From a virus, in the IMG/VR virus record IMGVR_UViG_3300048930_000242, positions 32,001 through 96,000 of that record: DNA of 64,000 bases; one strand, 5' to 3'. Position 1 is the first letter of the stretch; every line of letters starts with the position of its first letter. Of the stretch, positions 63,529-64,000 are shown one piece after another. The notes below the pieces were generated by a model that searched no databases, was not told the origin of the DNA, and saw only the letters and a program-made list of their open reading frames with translations. Both the position numbers and the translations under genes were made by a program.

Positions 63529-63890
63529 TATAATGCACTCGGTAGAAGGTTCGAGAAGCTCTTTGGAAGAAGCACGTTCGGAGTGTGACCCTTGAAGAAC
63601 GGAGCGATGTCACCAGGCTTGTAGCCGGCCAAGCCGCAGCCGATCTTCACAACCTCGAATTCTAACTCCGGATGCTCCTTTGCGTAGACCAAGAACCTGG
63701 AGACCGCCGCCTGGATGTATGAAAGCGGAAGAGTCCGAAGGAACTTGTCCTTGGTTGGGATCCCATAAGCGTCTCCGGTCCGGCCTTCTCCTACCTTAAG
63801 TTGAGCACCATAGGCCTGACGAGCATGAAGAGCCGAGCCAGCTCCGTGAATGCCGGCCAGATTAGAACCAAAGACAAAGATCCGCTTCAT
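63528..63890 (-). CDS. Macro-domain-related phage protein (IFVFGSN family)
   Basis: IFVFGSNLAGIHGAG, YGIPTK, IGCGLAG. Confidence 0.75.
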   Translation of the reverse strand: MKRIFVFGSNLAGIHGAGSALHARQAYGAQLKVGEGRTGDAYGIPTKDKFLRTLPLSYIQAAVSRFLVYAKEHPELEFEVVKIGCGLAGYKPGDIAPFFKGHTPNVLLPKSFSNLLPSAL

Positions 63891-64000
63891 GGCAACTTCA
63901 CCTTCCCAAAGAATCCATCGATGCGTTCATAAAGTCCGGCCTTCTTCAAGACCGACAGGTGACCGGACAATTCGGCCTTGGTCCATCCAGTCTCTTGGAC
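63887..64000 (-). CDS. 3' end of an upstream gene (possible HTH)
   Basis: ...TGWTKAELSGHLSVLKKAGL...* open to the window edge. Confidence 0.45.
   Translation of the reverse strand, partial: VQETGWTKAELSGHLSVLKKAGLYERIDGFFGKVKLP

Noticed and set aside
1-64000. Stop-codon reassignment, tRNA genes, DGR/reverse transcriptase, invertase
   Set aside because: Core genes are intact in code 11; no cloverleaf, RT or recombinase motifs were recognised by eye (tRNAscan not run)

Overview
A 64 kb segment of a T4-superfamily (Tevenvirinae-related but divergent) lytic myophage genome. From 1 to about 48.7 kb it carries the virion morphogenesis genes: portal, tube, sheath, terminase, neck, baseplate and fibres, gp4/gp2/gp54/gp26 and tape measure. 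Inserted among these are small accessory genes, an HNH homing endonuclease, a holin/SLT/spanin lysis cassette and a two-gene dCMP-modifying cassette. From about 49 to 64 kb lie gp32/gp59/gp33, DHFR, PhoH and many small early genes, many behind their own sigma70-type promoter. Main observations: (1) a textbook -1 programmed frameshift (T_TTT_TTC plus stem-loop) that would fuse gp26 to a start-less gp51-like ORF just before the tape measure gene, a lambda G/GT-like arrangement; (2) at least 8 dispersed genes sharing a T4 capsid-targeting-like leader, candidates for injected effectors; (3) a gp42-like cytosine-modification cassette with its own promoter; (4) an apparent ACG start for the tail tube gene; (5) a variant late promoter (NATAGATA), including one inside an RBS-occluding hairpin upstream of the lysis genes; (6) self-nested repeat modules in the sheath; (7) cassettes flanked by direct repeats. 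All calls come from reading motifs by eye; no database searches were run.
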